A stretch of DNA of 63,432 nucleotides, the filler included, from Craspedostauros australis (taxonomy: Eukaryota): the NCBI GenBank assembly GCA_030167865.1. It is 5 parts of 5 records of this genome, joined end to end, with 100 filler letters (N's around TTAATTAATTAA, not from the genome) between each part and the next. Parts side by side here need not be neighbours in the genome. Positions count along the whole stretch, not along the records: positions 30,780 to 43,353 come from JALAGF010003610.1; positions 43,454 to 44,896 come from JALAGF010003615.1; positions 44,997 to 63,432 come from JALAGF010003616.1; 2 more parts are not named here. One strand, 5' to 3'. Positions 34,342-45,698 of the stretch are shown here, one piece after another (within the stretch, counting starts at the first letter, position 1; each line of letters starts with the position of its first letter). Made by a program: the position numbers and the translations under genes. The notes under the pieces were generated by a model. The model saw only the letters and a list, made by a program, of their open reading frames with translations, was not told the origin of the DNA and searched no databases.

Positions 34342-35481
34342 GGTGAATGGAATACAGGCCTTCTGGAGAGCACGAGCGGTGGAAAATAGAGCGCTGAAGC
34401 TGCAGGAGACACGAGGGTGCGGTTGTGATGAAGTACTGGTGAATCCGAGCGAGATTCTTCGTGCGGAGTTGTGTGAATAGTGGGATAAAACGTACGTGGA
34501 GTATAGCATATATTGCGATGATGATCCAGACCGGCGGCAGTTGGCAATGGCGTCTTGAGGAAAGTAGAGTGGAGTAAAGTAGAGTAGAGTACTCTTCTCT
34601 ACTCTAAATACATGCTCCTATCCATGCGCATTCGGTGGTTTGCGTCCCAATACTCGCCACTCTGTGGACGTGATCGATTGCGGCCTGAAAAACGCATCGA
34701 ATCCTCGTGATTGGGCCACAATGCAATGCCATTCCGCGCATCATGCGTGAAGAAGCAACAGCACGATATATCAACAGATCACCCATTCATGTCGCTTCCT
34801 ATCCATTATCTCTGATGGCGCATTGGAGTGCTCTGGGTTGGGTTGGTGTTGCTGAAGCAGCCCAACATGCCAGCGCAGCTCTGAGGGCATCGACCCACAG
34901 CAAGGCAGAGAAGGTCGCGTGCTCCTCCAGTCGTGGACACAATCTTATCACCATCTGTCATCATCCACAAGCATCAAGGATGGACAAGATGTCGTTGATT
35001 TCAAAGGTGCTGCAACATTCGAGAGGGCTCCCATTCTCCAGACGACACCGGCATCATCGCCTCAGCACGTCAGCAATCATCATGGAAGCAGAACAGGAGA
35101 GGGCATTGGCAGAAAGACACCATATCTGGGCTGTGAAGATCAACAACGAACTATCATCATGCGAGCTCCCATTTCCGACCTAACCCGACTCATCACCATG
35201 CGCAACAGCGTCAACAGAGCAAGTGCAGTGTCCAAAGCCCCCTCGTCGTTTGCAGCAGCAGCAGCAGCCGTGACACAGTCCCACAATGCAAGCGAAGGGC
35301 TGGGATCTTGTTCCTTTCCACGTTTCCATTTTTCCACTCTTCTGTCGCCATAAATTGCTTCTTTGGCCATTCATCCTTTCACTCATCCGCCGGACAACAG
35401 CAGCAACAACAACAGCAACATCACCAGCCTCAATCCAAACACCACAAGCAAACACAAACACGAACACAAACGTTCACCGCC

Positions 35482-36966
35482 ATGAGCTTCTTCTCTGATA
35501 CCGATGCCACCGGCGCCGCCGCTGGTCGGGATACTGCCCACCACCAGGACCTTCACGTTCACGACTTCTCCCTTGATGACTTGGATCGCATGGACGGCCT
35601 TGATGACACCGGTGGCCTTACTAGTTTTGGTGGCGATAAGGATGCTGAGGATGATGACGAGGATGAGTCGCTCTGCGAGTTCTTGAAGGAAGTGGCCTTC
35701 TTTCAGGACACCGGCTACAGCGCCGACCTTGATGCATCAATCCCCGTAATCCCTCGAGCATCCATTCATTCCCACAGCGCGGCAGCCACCGAATCGAACC
35801 CAAGGAATCATAGATACCCCAGCCTCCCTAAGAACAACGGCAACGGTGGCGTCGCATCCATGCCATCGGCATTGGCATCTGGATTCGACTCGGAGAGAAG
35901 CTCATCCGCATCCCGCACGGCAGCATCCGAAGGCCACAAGATGATGAACGATGCGACTGCTGCCGCGGTTTCCTCCATCTCATCCAGGATGATCTCAGGC
36001 AACGCGTCCGTCGACGCCGATGATGCCATTGCAGTAGTCTTCGACCCGACCCCGTTCTTCCGTCGCGACGACGAAGGGCAGCCCAATGCCAAGTGCGTTA
36101 TCGATAATATCGATGCCGCGGGCAGCTCGTTGTTCCAGAGCCACGGTCGTGTGAGCAGCAGCCAGATCAGCATCTCGATTTCAGAGGCCGACTACATGAC
36201 CGACATGGATCAGACTACGAAGCCGGAGGGCGGACATGAAGAGCTGGGTCACAACATTGTTAACCATCCCGACTTCGTAGAGACGGGTGAAGGCGATGGT
36301 GACGCCAATGCCACGAGACCCCGTCGCGTCTCGTGGAACAAGAGGTCATCATCAATCCAGCCACCTCCAGATGACACCGCGTCTGCGAACGATGTCGACA
36401 CGCCACGAGAACCCCCTGCCACGAGGAAGAGAAGGCCGCAAAAGTCATCGTCCACCAAGAGTCAGAACAGCACAAGCGCGCCACGACGGCGGCTCTCCAT
36501 GGCAAGGGCGAAGCAAGAAGCGAGGAGGCCATCGCGTCGCCGACGCGAGGATGTCGAAGTCTCCCAAAGGATCTACGTCGAGATGGACAACCTCGATGTG
36601 CTCATGGGCCGCGGAGGCCGCAGCAACCACCACGAAGGCAACAACATCTACCGGAGGCGCGTCCTCGAACTGCAGCCCCGCTACAAGACGCTGTCGCACA
36701 AGGAAAAGACGAAGTGTTCTGCCGACGTCGTGAAGTGGGTCAAGGAAGGTGGTGGTCGCTTTCTGAGGCAGGACAAGACACGGGAGGACGGCAGCCAGTG
36801 GTACATCGTGCCCGACTCCATCGCACGCAACAAGGTCGCCCAGGCCCTTCGCGAAGACCATTCCGAGCATGGCAAGTCTATGAAGCGGTTGAAGGGTGCC
36901 AGACTGAAGGAGATCGAGGCACCCAAGTTCAAAGAGTCGCCAAACGCATCATCAGATGCGGTCTAG
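35482..36966 (+). CDS. DUF6824-like protein A (acidic/Ser-rich disordered N-terminus, basic C-terminal domain)
   Basis: Motif DVLMGRGGRSNHHEGN..YR..EK..VV..GGRFL..WY..ARNKVAQALRE. Confidence 0.85.
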   Translation: MSFFSDTDATGAAAGRDTAHHQDLHVHDFSLDDLDRMDGLDDTGGLTSFGGDKDAEDDDEDESLCEFLKEVAFFQDTGYSADLDASIPVIPRASIHSHSAAATESNPRNHRYPSLPKNNGNGGVASMPSALASGFDSERSSSASRTAASEGHKMMNDATAAAVSSISSRMISGNASVDADDAIAVVFDPTPFFRRDDEGQPNAKCVIDNIDAAGSSLFQSHGRVSSSQISISISEADYMTDMDQTTKPEGGHEELGHNIVNHPDFVETGEGDGDANATRPRRVSWNKRSSSIQPPPDDTASANDVDTPREPPATRKRRPQKSSSTKSQNSTSAPRRRLSMARAKQEARRPSRRRREDVEVSQRIYVEMDNLDVLMGRGGRSNHHEGNNIYRRRVLELQPRYKTLSHKEKTKCSADVVKWVKEGGGRFLRQDKTREDGSQWYIVPDSIARNKVAQALREDHSEHGKSMKRLKGARLKEIEAPKFKESPNASSDAV

Positions 36967-37642
36967 GCAGAGTTGTGCTGAAACTCGCATCCTCCTTCTC
37001 GCACGCACGAAGAGATCTCTTCGTAGTGCAAGGGAGTGTTGTGGAGACTACTGATGCGCAAACATCTCCAGCGAGCAGGGCCATGGTCACACCGGACCAT
37101 CACCTGCGATAGCGAATCGTCACGATGAATCCGTTTCACAACTTGGCTGGGCAAGAAAGAAAGACGTGTTGGCAGATCAGCGATTTGAATCAATGTGCTC
37201 ATTCTGCTCGCAACAGGCTCGAATGTGGAGTAGAAGGGGAACGCAGCGATGCAGCAGTATTTGGATGGGCTGACAATCAGCCCTACCATTTGCCAACTCT
37301 AGAGCCAGTCAAGGCCACAGCCAACGGAATGGACAGCCAATCAGTTTGGCTCTGCCGATCGAGCGAGGCTGCTCTGTACGACCTACCCGTAGTCTGTGTC
37401 GCACGCGCGATCAATAATGAAATGGGGTAAATTCAAGTGACGTGAATTGGAGCGAGCACACGCAAGAGAGAACATTGTGTCTTATTGAAATGGAATGGTA
37501 TGTGCGTACGCCTTAGAACACAAAGTAGAGTATTAGCTCCCATCGCCATGCCGAGCGATGGTAGCTTACCAACTTGCCGTACGAGCCAGATGCCATAGAT
37601 GTAATGAATTGCAAATCGCATCAATCCGACCAATCAGCAACC

Positions 37643-38734
37643 TCAGTTGTTCCGACGCGCTGTGCGGATGGCCTGGGTGATCTTGCCACGCACACGTTCG
37701 GTGGGTGCCTCGTACCAAACCTTCGTGCGGTCATCGTAAGCGATGAAGCGGCCTCCCGCACGTGAGACGATTTGCATGATATCGAAGCACACCTGATGCT
37801 TGGCTTCTGTCTGACCGCAGCGCCTGTGTTCCGCCGCACGTTGCCGAGCGAGCCGCAGGAGCATCCGATTACCACAGTGGCGGTTGCTGCGGCTGCCTCG
37901 TCCGAAGAGCACATCCATCTCTCTAAGTTCCGTGATGGGAAGGGTCTTTGCGGAAGATTTGCGTGCAGCTTTCTTGGTCGCAGTCGTACACGTGCTCGTA
38001 GTCGTGCTCGTACACGTATCTGTGGTCGCTGTTGTCGTTGTTGTCGCTGTCACCTTCACCGCAGCTGCTTTCATGGGCGATGACAAGCGCTGTGATGTGG
38101 AACCATCTTTCACGTCCTCCGGGGTCCCGGTGGGAGACGATAGAACCGGCGATGCGAACGTGGGAAGTCGCATCTCCCTTCGGCATCGCTGTCGCATCAT
38201 GCTTCTATTCTTCGGCGCATGTTCGTGGCGTACCCGTCCTCCACCGTATTGGTACGAGCCACCAAGTTCGGATGTCAGTGTTTGGTGGTGATTGGTGTTG
38301 TTGCAGTTGCGGCTGCTGCTGATGGAGATATCCGCGGAGATGAGATCCCGAGATACATCCAGATCAAAATCATTGGGCGGACCCAATCCAAGCATGAAGT
38401 CCAGTTCTTTCTCCGACAAGTCATCCCCCATGCCCTTTTGTCCGAACTGGAAGGGCTGGACTGGCGTGTCGTCGATGCCGTGACGGCAGCGAGTGAAACT
38501 GCCATCAGTAACGTCACCGCCGTCGCCATCGGCTTCGGCATTGCCAGGAAGGCTTCGTGAAGCCTCGAGGAATGCACATCGTGTGCGCTTGCTCTTGAAG
38601 AAGCGAGGAGAAGATGCCAGAACGGCGCAATCCATGGATGCCTTGCAATTGCGAGAGTCGAGGATGGTGGACGGCGTCTCTCTCATCCAAGTACGCTTGT
38701 AGTCATCGTTGCTGTAGCATTCCTCATCATTCAT
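37643..38734 (-). CDS. DUF6824-like protein B, convergent with A
   Basis: Motif DVLFGRGSRSNRHCGN..K..GGRFI..WYE..RGKITQAIR; first ATG at 38734. Confidence 0.8.
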   Translation of the reverse strand: MNDEECYSNDDYKRTWMRETPSTILDSRNCKASMDCAVLASSPRFFKSKRTRCAFLEASRSLPGNAEADGDGGDVTDGSFTRCRHGIDDTPVQPFQFGQKGMGDDLSEKELDFMLGLGPPNDFDLDVSRDLISADISISSSRNCNNTNHHQTLTSELGGSYQYGGGRVRHEHAPKNRSMMRQRCRREMRLPTFASPVLSSPTGTPEDVKDGSTSQRLSSPMKAAAVKVTATTTTTATTDTCTSTTTSTCTTATKKAARKSSAKTLPITELREMDVLFGRGSRSNRHCGNRMLLRLARQRAAEHRRCGQTEAKHQVCFDIMQIVSRAGGRFIAYDDRTKVWYEAPTERVRGKITQAIRTARRNN

Positions 38735-40786
38735 CAGTGGTGGCTGCGAAGATACCAGTTGGGGAGATGATGCAGTCCGATTGGTATGATTTTGCGATGG
38801 ATCAGTGTAGATCAACGGAGCAACGAAGTGACTGTGTGCTCACCTTCGCAACACCGTTGGCACCTCAGTCTGCTCGTGGAGTATAGAGTACGTTGAGATC
38901 AATGGCTTGTGACCTGATAGAACACGGTATGCTACTAACGAGCATGATGGAGCGGCGGATACTGTTCCGATCATGTGTCGCATACCTCTCTTCCATGATG
39001 GCAAACACGCAGTCTCGACACTCCACCAGGAGTGAGAGCGATCATCACGGAAGGATCCTGTTGTTGGTGGGTGTCAGCCGAAGCACGCAAAGATGTGATG
39101 GGGAATTGACAAATTCGCTGTATGCATGACTCAGAAAGAATGAGAGAATGTCGTGGTCTCTCGAATCCACGATACGGGTATTCCTGTACTGGTATTCTTC
39201 CGTCCTTGTTGCGTGGTTGGGCTGTGTGGATAGTGAGGGTGTCCCGTTCATCCCTCCGTACATACTCTTGTGAAGAGCACGACAGCCAAATCGACATGAT
39301 TCGAGCAGATCGCAAACAGTTTGAAAACACGCCGAAAGGAAGAAATACGAGAGATTGGACGACAAATAATCAGCAAGATGCACAAAAAGTTGAGAGAAAC
39401 CACGCTTCGGAGGTCAAATCGGTCGGATGTGACTCCACAATCCACTGATCCGTGTTCGTCTGTTCCGTGTCGAAAGGCCCTTTGTATCATGATTTGCCGT
39501 TTCCTTCGTTGACAAAATCAACAACACCAACCTTGACGATGACAGTGACAGTGACAGAAAAGAGAGAGATGCAAAATCGCCCTCTTCTCTTTTGTGTCGT
39601 CACCTCAAGGATGACCACCACCATCAGCCACACAGCCATCATCAACAACAGCCACACAAACGATGATGACACGTTTTCCATTTTCAGGCGTGGATTCCAA
39701 AATGTCTCGTTGCAGTGTTCTGCGACTGGCTCGATGACCCAAGAACTTCATCGTGCTTGAACCAAGATTTAATCGCCAGACCTTGCCAACTCTGGGGTTG
39801 ACTCGTGTTTCCTCACCCAACGCGCCAACGGACATGTTGACACCTTTCTGCGCGGTGCCATTGATTCCCGCCTCGCGGCCATGGAGATGCAGCATTGCGC
39901 TTTGGTGGTGGCATGTTCGGTGTTGTTGCCATCTTGCTCCTTCCTTCCTTCCTTCCTTCCGTGTGGGAGGTGAGATCGTTGGGTGGATCCGGCCAAACAG
40001 CACAAGGCAACAACGCGACTTCGAGATTGAACTAGGTGGCACAGAACTTCTGATGCCCGAACGCGCGACAAAAGAAGAGGATGGATGTTCATGGTGCTCC
40101 ATTCCAAACGTGGCCACAACCCCACCATCAGCTTTGCGCCTCGTGCACCAGTACCAGAGAAACAAGAGCTCGGTGTTTCCAAACGTCCGCTCACCATTGA
40201 GAAGGGAGGCGTCAACGCAAGGTGCCGCCACAATCAAAAGCGCTCACATTCCTTGGATCCAAGAAGCCAGGCTCGACCTTGAGTAGCCACAGTACCGACA
40301 ACCACGACAACCACGACAACAACGACAACAGCACCTCGGCAGCCACCATCTCAATCTCAACAGACAGCAATACTAACAGAGGAACACCAGGCAGATACTC
40401 CACCTTACATCTGAGTGCGATAACCCGACTGAACGAAGATCAACAACGAACAAGCATCATTCCCACTCTCCTTTCCTGTCCGACTCGTCAACGTTCGCAG
40501 CAACCTCGAGAGCAGCCACAGCGAGAACAGCAACAACAGCAACAACAGCCACTGCGATCATAGCTGGTGCCGCAACCACGACACAAACCACAACGAAAGA
40601 CCGAGATCTTGTTCCTTGCCTCTCGCGACGATCAACATCTTCCCGATTTTGCAACTTTGTTGTTCCCATAAATTCCTTCTGTGGGCATTCATCCTTTGAC
40701 TCATCAGCAACATCATCATCAATCATCAATCATCCACACTGCCACCACAACCATAAGCACAAACACAAACACAATCGTCAACCACC

Positions 40787-42676
40787 ATGAGTTTCCTCTC
40801 TGATAACGAAGCCGCAGCTTCCGCCGCTGCCGCTGCTGGTCGGGATGCTCCTCCCAACCAGGATCGCCACCAGGAGCACCACCAGGATCGCCACCACCAC
40901 CTCGATCACAGCCACGACCGCGCCTGCGAAAGCGAACACAGGAGCCAACCATCCCATTGCCACAGGGAACATGATCATCGTCAGCATCATCAGGATCATC
41001 ACATCCATGATGCTCCCGACCCGTCCTGCGGCTTCTCCGTGGATGCCCTGGATGCCCTTGATGGCAATGAGGACACCCAGTCGCTCCACGACTTCATCCA
41101 GGAGGTGGACTTCCTCCAGGACTACAACGCTGACCTCGATACATCAATCGCGGTGATCCCTCAAGTCTCCATGCATTCCCACAGCACGGCGGCAACCGAC
41201 TCCAACCCAAGCAGCCACAGGCACCGCAGCTTCCTCAGCAACAGCAGCAGCAACAACAACAATGCCAACGGCAGCGTCGCATCCATGCCGTCGGCATTCG
41301 GGTTCGACTCGGAGAGAAGCTCGTCCGCACTCCGCACGGCTGCGTCCGAAGGCCACAGGATGATGATCGATGCGGCCGCCGCCACGGCTTCCTCAGCTGC
41401 CTCCATCTCGTCCAGGATGGCCCCAGGCAACGCGTCCGTGGATGCCGATGATGCCAATTCGGTCGTCTTCGATTCGGCCCTGTCCTTCCGCCCCTACGAC
41501 GACGAGCAGGACTACTCCCAACAGTACCGCATCGACAACCTCGACGAGGCGGACACATCCAGCATGTTCCGCCGCAACCACGACGGCCGACGCAACAGTC
41601 TGGTCAGCTTCTCGGCTTCGGCAGCCTCCTCCATCACTGACATGGAGATGGACATGGATTTGGAGATCGACGCCAGCTCGCATTACAACTCCAGCATGGC
41701 CAGCTCGCGATCCTTCGACCGCAGCCTTTACGACTCGTCATCCTCTTTCCATTCCTTCACGACGGACGATGGCTATACTGAAACGGAGGGCGAAGATGAA
41801 AGGCACGACCGCAACGATCCCAACCACCCGGACTTCGTGGAGACGGACGAAGTTGGAAATGGCGTCAGCGCCGCGGGCAATCACCGCGTCTCGTTGCACG
41901 GAATGCCGTCATCCCTCCCGGCCCTTGGCAAATCATTTGTCAACCTCTTCGCCAACTGCGCCAGCCATGTGGCGGAGACAGTCGCTGAGACGATGGCAGA
42001 AACCACCGCAAAGCACAAGGCCCATCTGACCTTGCCAACATTCGGTCTGCACTGGCCGCACGCAGTCAAGCCGCCTCCAGATGACACCGCGTCCGCGAAC
42101 GGCGCCGACACGCCACGCACACGTCCCGTCACGAGGAAGGGGAGGCCGCAAAAGTCATCGTCCACCAAGAGCCAGAACAGCACAAGCGCACCACGACGGC
42201 GGCTCTCCATGGCAAGGGCGAAGCAAGAAGCGAGGAGGCCAACGCGCCGACGACGCGAGGATGTCGAAGTCTCCCAAAGGATCTACGTCGAGATGGACAA
42301 CCTCGATGTGCTCATGGGCCGCGGAGGCCGCAGCAACCACCACGAAGGCAACAACATCTACCGGAGGCGCGTCCTCGAACTGCAGCCCCGCTACAAGACG
42401 CTGTCGCACAAGGAAAAGACGAAGTGTTCTGCCGACGTCGTGAAGTGGGTCAAGGAAGGTGGTGGTCGCTTTCTGAGGCAGGACAAGACACGGGAGGACG
42501 GCAGGCAGTGGTACATCGTGCCCGACTCCATCGCACGCAACAAGGTCGCCCAGGCCCTTCGCGAAGATCATTCCGAGCATGGCAAGTCCATGAAGCGGTC
42601 GAGATACGGCAGACCGAAGAAGGTCAGGGTACCCAAGCCCAAAAAGTCGCCGAAGGCATCACCAGATGCCATCTAG
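40787..42676 (+). CDS. DUF6824-like protein C, paralogue of A with a His-rich N-terminal insert
   Basis: Same MSF.SD start and shared blocks as A (ADLD.SI.VIP, GFDSERSSSA.RTAASEGH); C-terminal domain nearly identical to A. Confidence 0.85.
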   Translation: MSFLSDNEAAASAAAAAGRDAPPNQDRHQEHHQDRHHHLDHSHDRACESEHRSQPSHCHREHDHRQHHQDHHIHDAPDPSCGFSVDALDALDGNEDTQSLHDFIQEVDFLQDYNADLDTSIAVIPQVSMHSHSTAATDSNPSSHRHRSFLSNSSSNNNNANGSVASMPSAFGFDSERSSSALRTAASEGHRMMIDAAAATASSAASISSRMAPGNASVDADDANSVVFDSALSFRPYDDEQDYSQQYRIDNLDEADTSSMFRRNHDGRRNSLVSFSASAASSITDMEMDMDLEIDASSHYNSSMASSRSFDRSLYDSSSSFHSFTTDDGYTETEGEDERHDRNDPNHPDFVETDEVGNGVSAAGNHRVSLHGMPSSLPALGKSFVNLFANCASHVAETVAETMAETTAKHKAHLTLPTFGLHWPHAVKPPPDDTASANGADTPRTRPVTRKGRPQKSSSTKSQNSTSAPRRRLSMARAKQEARRPTRRRREDVEVSQRIYVEMDNLDVLMGRGGRSNHHEGNNIYRRRVLELQPRYKTLSHKEKTKCSADVVKWVKEGGGRFLRQDKTREDGRQWYIVPDSIARNKVAQALREDHSEHGKSMKRSRYGRPKKVRVPKPKKSPKASPDAI

Positions 42677-43304
42677 GCAGGGGTGTGCCGAGTGCATGAC
42701 GGAGGCAAGTCGTGTTGCCGAATCAAAACTTTGAATCAATGTGCTCATACTGCTCGCGCCTGTCCGAAGGTCGAGTGGAAGGAGAAGGCGACGGCGACGA
42801 TACAGCGGTGTTTGGACGGGCTGGCAAACAGCCCTGCCATTTCATCAACTCTGGATTCAGTCAAGGCCACAGCCAATGAGATTGACAGCCAATCAGCTTG
42901 GCTGCGCCGCACTCATGAGAAAAGTTAAAACTGGGCCATTCGAAGTGAAGTGAAATGAAGAGGGTGGGAACAAGAACACGTCATCGTCTTAAAATGGAAT
43001 GGAATGTGGAAAGGGGAATGGAACGCAAGAGAGCCAGAACGGCGTCAACAATGAATGCAGTTGGACAGCAATGCAGAACAAAACAAACAACACGACACAA
43101 ACAATTTTAAAGAAAGGATACTCATATTAGTATGTGCCTACATCTGCTATTGTTCGTCATGCTATTGTTGCACTGTTAAAACGCAAGCAGAGTATTAGCT
43201 CCCATCGCCATGCCGAGTGATGGTAGCTTACCAACTCACTGTACGAGCCAGATGCCATAGATGTAATGGATTGCAAATCGCATCAATCCGACCAATCAGC
43301 AACC

Positions 43305-43353
43305 TCAGTTGTTCCGACGCGCTGTGCGGATGGCCTGGGTGATCTTGCCACGC
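43305..43353 (-). CDS. 3' end of a second copy of DUF6824-like gene B, truncated by gap
   Basis: Identical to 37643-37691 (RGKITQAIRTARRNN*); the adjoining 3' UTR (43189-43304) is nearly identical to 37527-37642. Confidence 0.75.
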
Positions 43354-43453
43354 NNNNNNNNNNNNNNNNNNNNNNNNNNNNNNNNNNNNNNNNNNNNTTA
43401 ATTAATTAANNNNNNNNNNNNNNNNNNNNNNNNNNNNNNNNNNNNNNNNNNNN
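43354..43453. other. Synthetic assembly spacer
   Basis: N44-TTAATTAATTAA-N44. Confidence 0.97.
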
Positions 43454-44030
43454 TCCATGAGCAGTCCTCTGCACTCCTCCCTTTCCGCTTTGGTCCATGG
43501 GATCGCTCCTCTTGGACCGTCCGGAATCTGAATAGAGAATGGGATCCCTGGGTAGTCCATGCACTATGCATTCAATGGTCCGTGCTTAAAGCGTAACAGA
43601 CATCGCGCAGTGTTCATGTTGCAAGGCGACGCCTCATCGATCTTCCTGTCGAGGAAGCTCCGAATTAGAGTGAGATAACATACCGGCTCTTGGGTGGCTC
43701 GGTCAGTCTCCTCGTCCACGTCCATTCCATTCATTTCCGTTTCGTTCTCGTCTGCGCCAACTTTACTTGATACGCCTTCATAGTACTTGGCATCCTCTTT
43801 GTTGTCGTTGCTGTTGCCGTCTTCCTCTTCATCCTCAGATGGAAAGAGTTCTTGGTCGATCAACTCCTCGTGGTCGTTTGCAGACCCGTAGTAGCCATGC
43901 ACTCCCGAAGTGTACTCGGCTGTCTCCTCCCTGGTCCACTCGTAGTTGTTGACTGGTGTTCTGCTGTTGAACTCGGAGATGCCGTCGTTGTCGAATGTTG
44001 CGAGAGCAACGTTGATCAAGATCGCGTGGT

Positions 44031-44212
44031 CGTCGCGCATCATCGCGTGGTTTCCTGTGGTCACATTGTTGTTTTGTTGTTCGCGATTTCGGTGATGGCC
44101 ACTAATTTCGCGTTGGTCATCGCGCATCATCGCGTGGTTTCTGATGGTCACATTTTTGATTTGCTGTTCGCGATGTCGGTGATGGTCACAATTTTCGCCT
44201 CGGTCACATTTT
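44031..44212. repeat. 87-bp tandem duplication within an unassigned minus-strand ORF (43564-44247)
   Basis: cRtcgcgcatcatcgcgtggttt..ggtcacatt starts at 44031 and 44118; the translation repeats HHR.REQQ..NVT..NHAMMRDD. Confidence 0.75.
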
Positions 44213-44896
44213 TGGTGCCGACCACGTCTTCGTTGATGATCACGCACATCGGCTCGTCTATTGCGATGAGACTCGTGTCATCCGTCCCATCCATCCCATC
44301 AATCGCGACATTGGTCGACTCGGTCTTTGTTTGTCATCGCGGTTGCTCTGCCTCTTGGCATCACCGCTATTCTTGCTTTTGCCTTTCGTTGTTGGCAAGC
44401 GTTGATCCGTCATCTCACTGTCGTGGACATCGCGGTTAGGACTGTTACTCCCGAACCGATCGATCCGTAGTCAGCATCATCTCGCTCTTACTACTGTTGT
44501 CTCGTGCGCACTTATAACCGTTTTGGATACGGTGGCGATCGTAGATGAGGCTCATAGCTGCGTGGATGTTCTTGGATCATCATCTTCATTGATGGCGAGG
44601 ACATCTCCTGTTCCTCGTCTTTCGTCTTGAGCCTGGGAATGAAGCGCAGCGGAACCTTCCGTCCAGCTTGTTGCAGCGCTGTCCCTTCTCAGCGAAGCAC
44701 ACACTTCCTGTGTTGCTATTTTTATTGCTGTCGCCAATTCATGGCTGGTAGGTTACATCCTTACCTCCTTGATCATATCGCAGTAGGAATCACAGCCAGT
44801 ACTCGAGCTCTGTATCTCACGATGGCCAACAGTGCCACGTGATCATCTCGATGCTTCCATTGCTGCTCCTCGCATCACACTTGATGTGATGACAAC

Positions 44897-44996
44897 NNNN
44901 NNNNNNNNNNNNNNNNNNNNNNNNNNNNNNNNNNNNNNNNTTAATTAATTAANNNNNNNNNNNNNNNNNNNNNNNNNNNNNNNNNNNNNNNNNNNN
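44897..44996. other. Synthetic assembly spacer
   Basis: N44-TTAATTAATTAA-N44. Confidence 0.97.
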
Positions 44997-45698
44997 TGAT
45001 TCACTCCCTGTTGGCACTGCACTCGAAGCAGTTGGTTGTGACGAAGGTGCTGATGACGGTGATTCACTCCCTGTGGGCACTGCGCTTGTGGCACTTGGCT
45101 GTGAAGATGGGGCTGCTGAAGGTGATTCGCTACCTGTGGGCACTGCACTCGAACCACTTGGCTGCGAAGATGGGGCTGATGACGGTGATTCACTACCTGT
45201 TGGCACTGCACTCGAAGCAGTTGGTTGTGACGAAGGTGCTGACGACGGTGATTCACTCCCTGTGGGCACCGCGCTTGTGACACTTGGTTGTGATGAAGGT
45301 GCGGCTGACGGCAATGCACTGCCTGTCGGCACTGTACTCGAAGCAGTTGGTTGTGAAGATGGGGCTGATGATGGTGATTCACTACCTGTCGGCACGGCAC
45401 TCGAACCACTTGGCTGCGCAGATGGGGCTGCTGACGGTGACTCACTGCCTGTGGGCACTGCACTCGAAGCAGTTGGTTGTGACGAAGGTGATGCTGACGG
45501 TGATTCACTCCCTGTGGGCACTGCACTCAAACCACTTGGCTGTGAAGATGGAGGTGATGACGGTGACTCACTGCCTGTGGGCACTGCACTCGAAGCACTT
45601 GGCTGTGAAGATGGGGTTGACGATGGCGATTCGCTGCTCGATGGGACTCCACTGGACTGACTTGGTTGCGATGATGGAGCAGCTGATGGCGATTCACT
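44997..45698 (-). repeat. 63-bp coding tandem repeat, at least 11 copies (SESPSSAPSSQPTASSAVPTG)
   Basis: Period of 63 nt (44997, 45060, 45123 and so on); the array runs into the gap. Confidence 0.92.
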
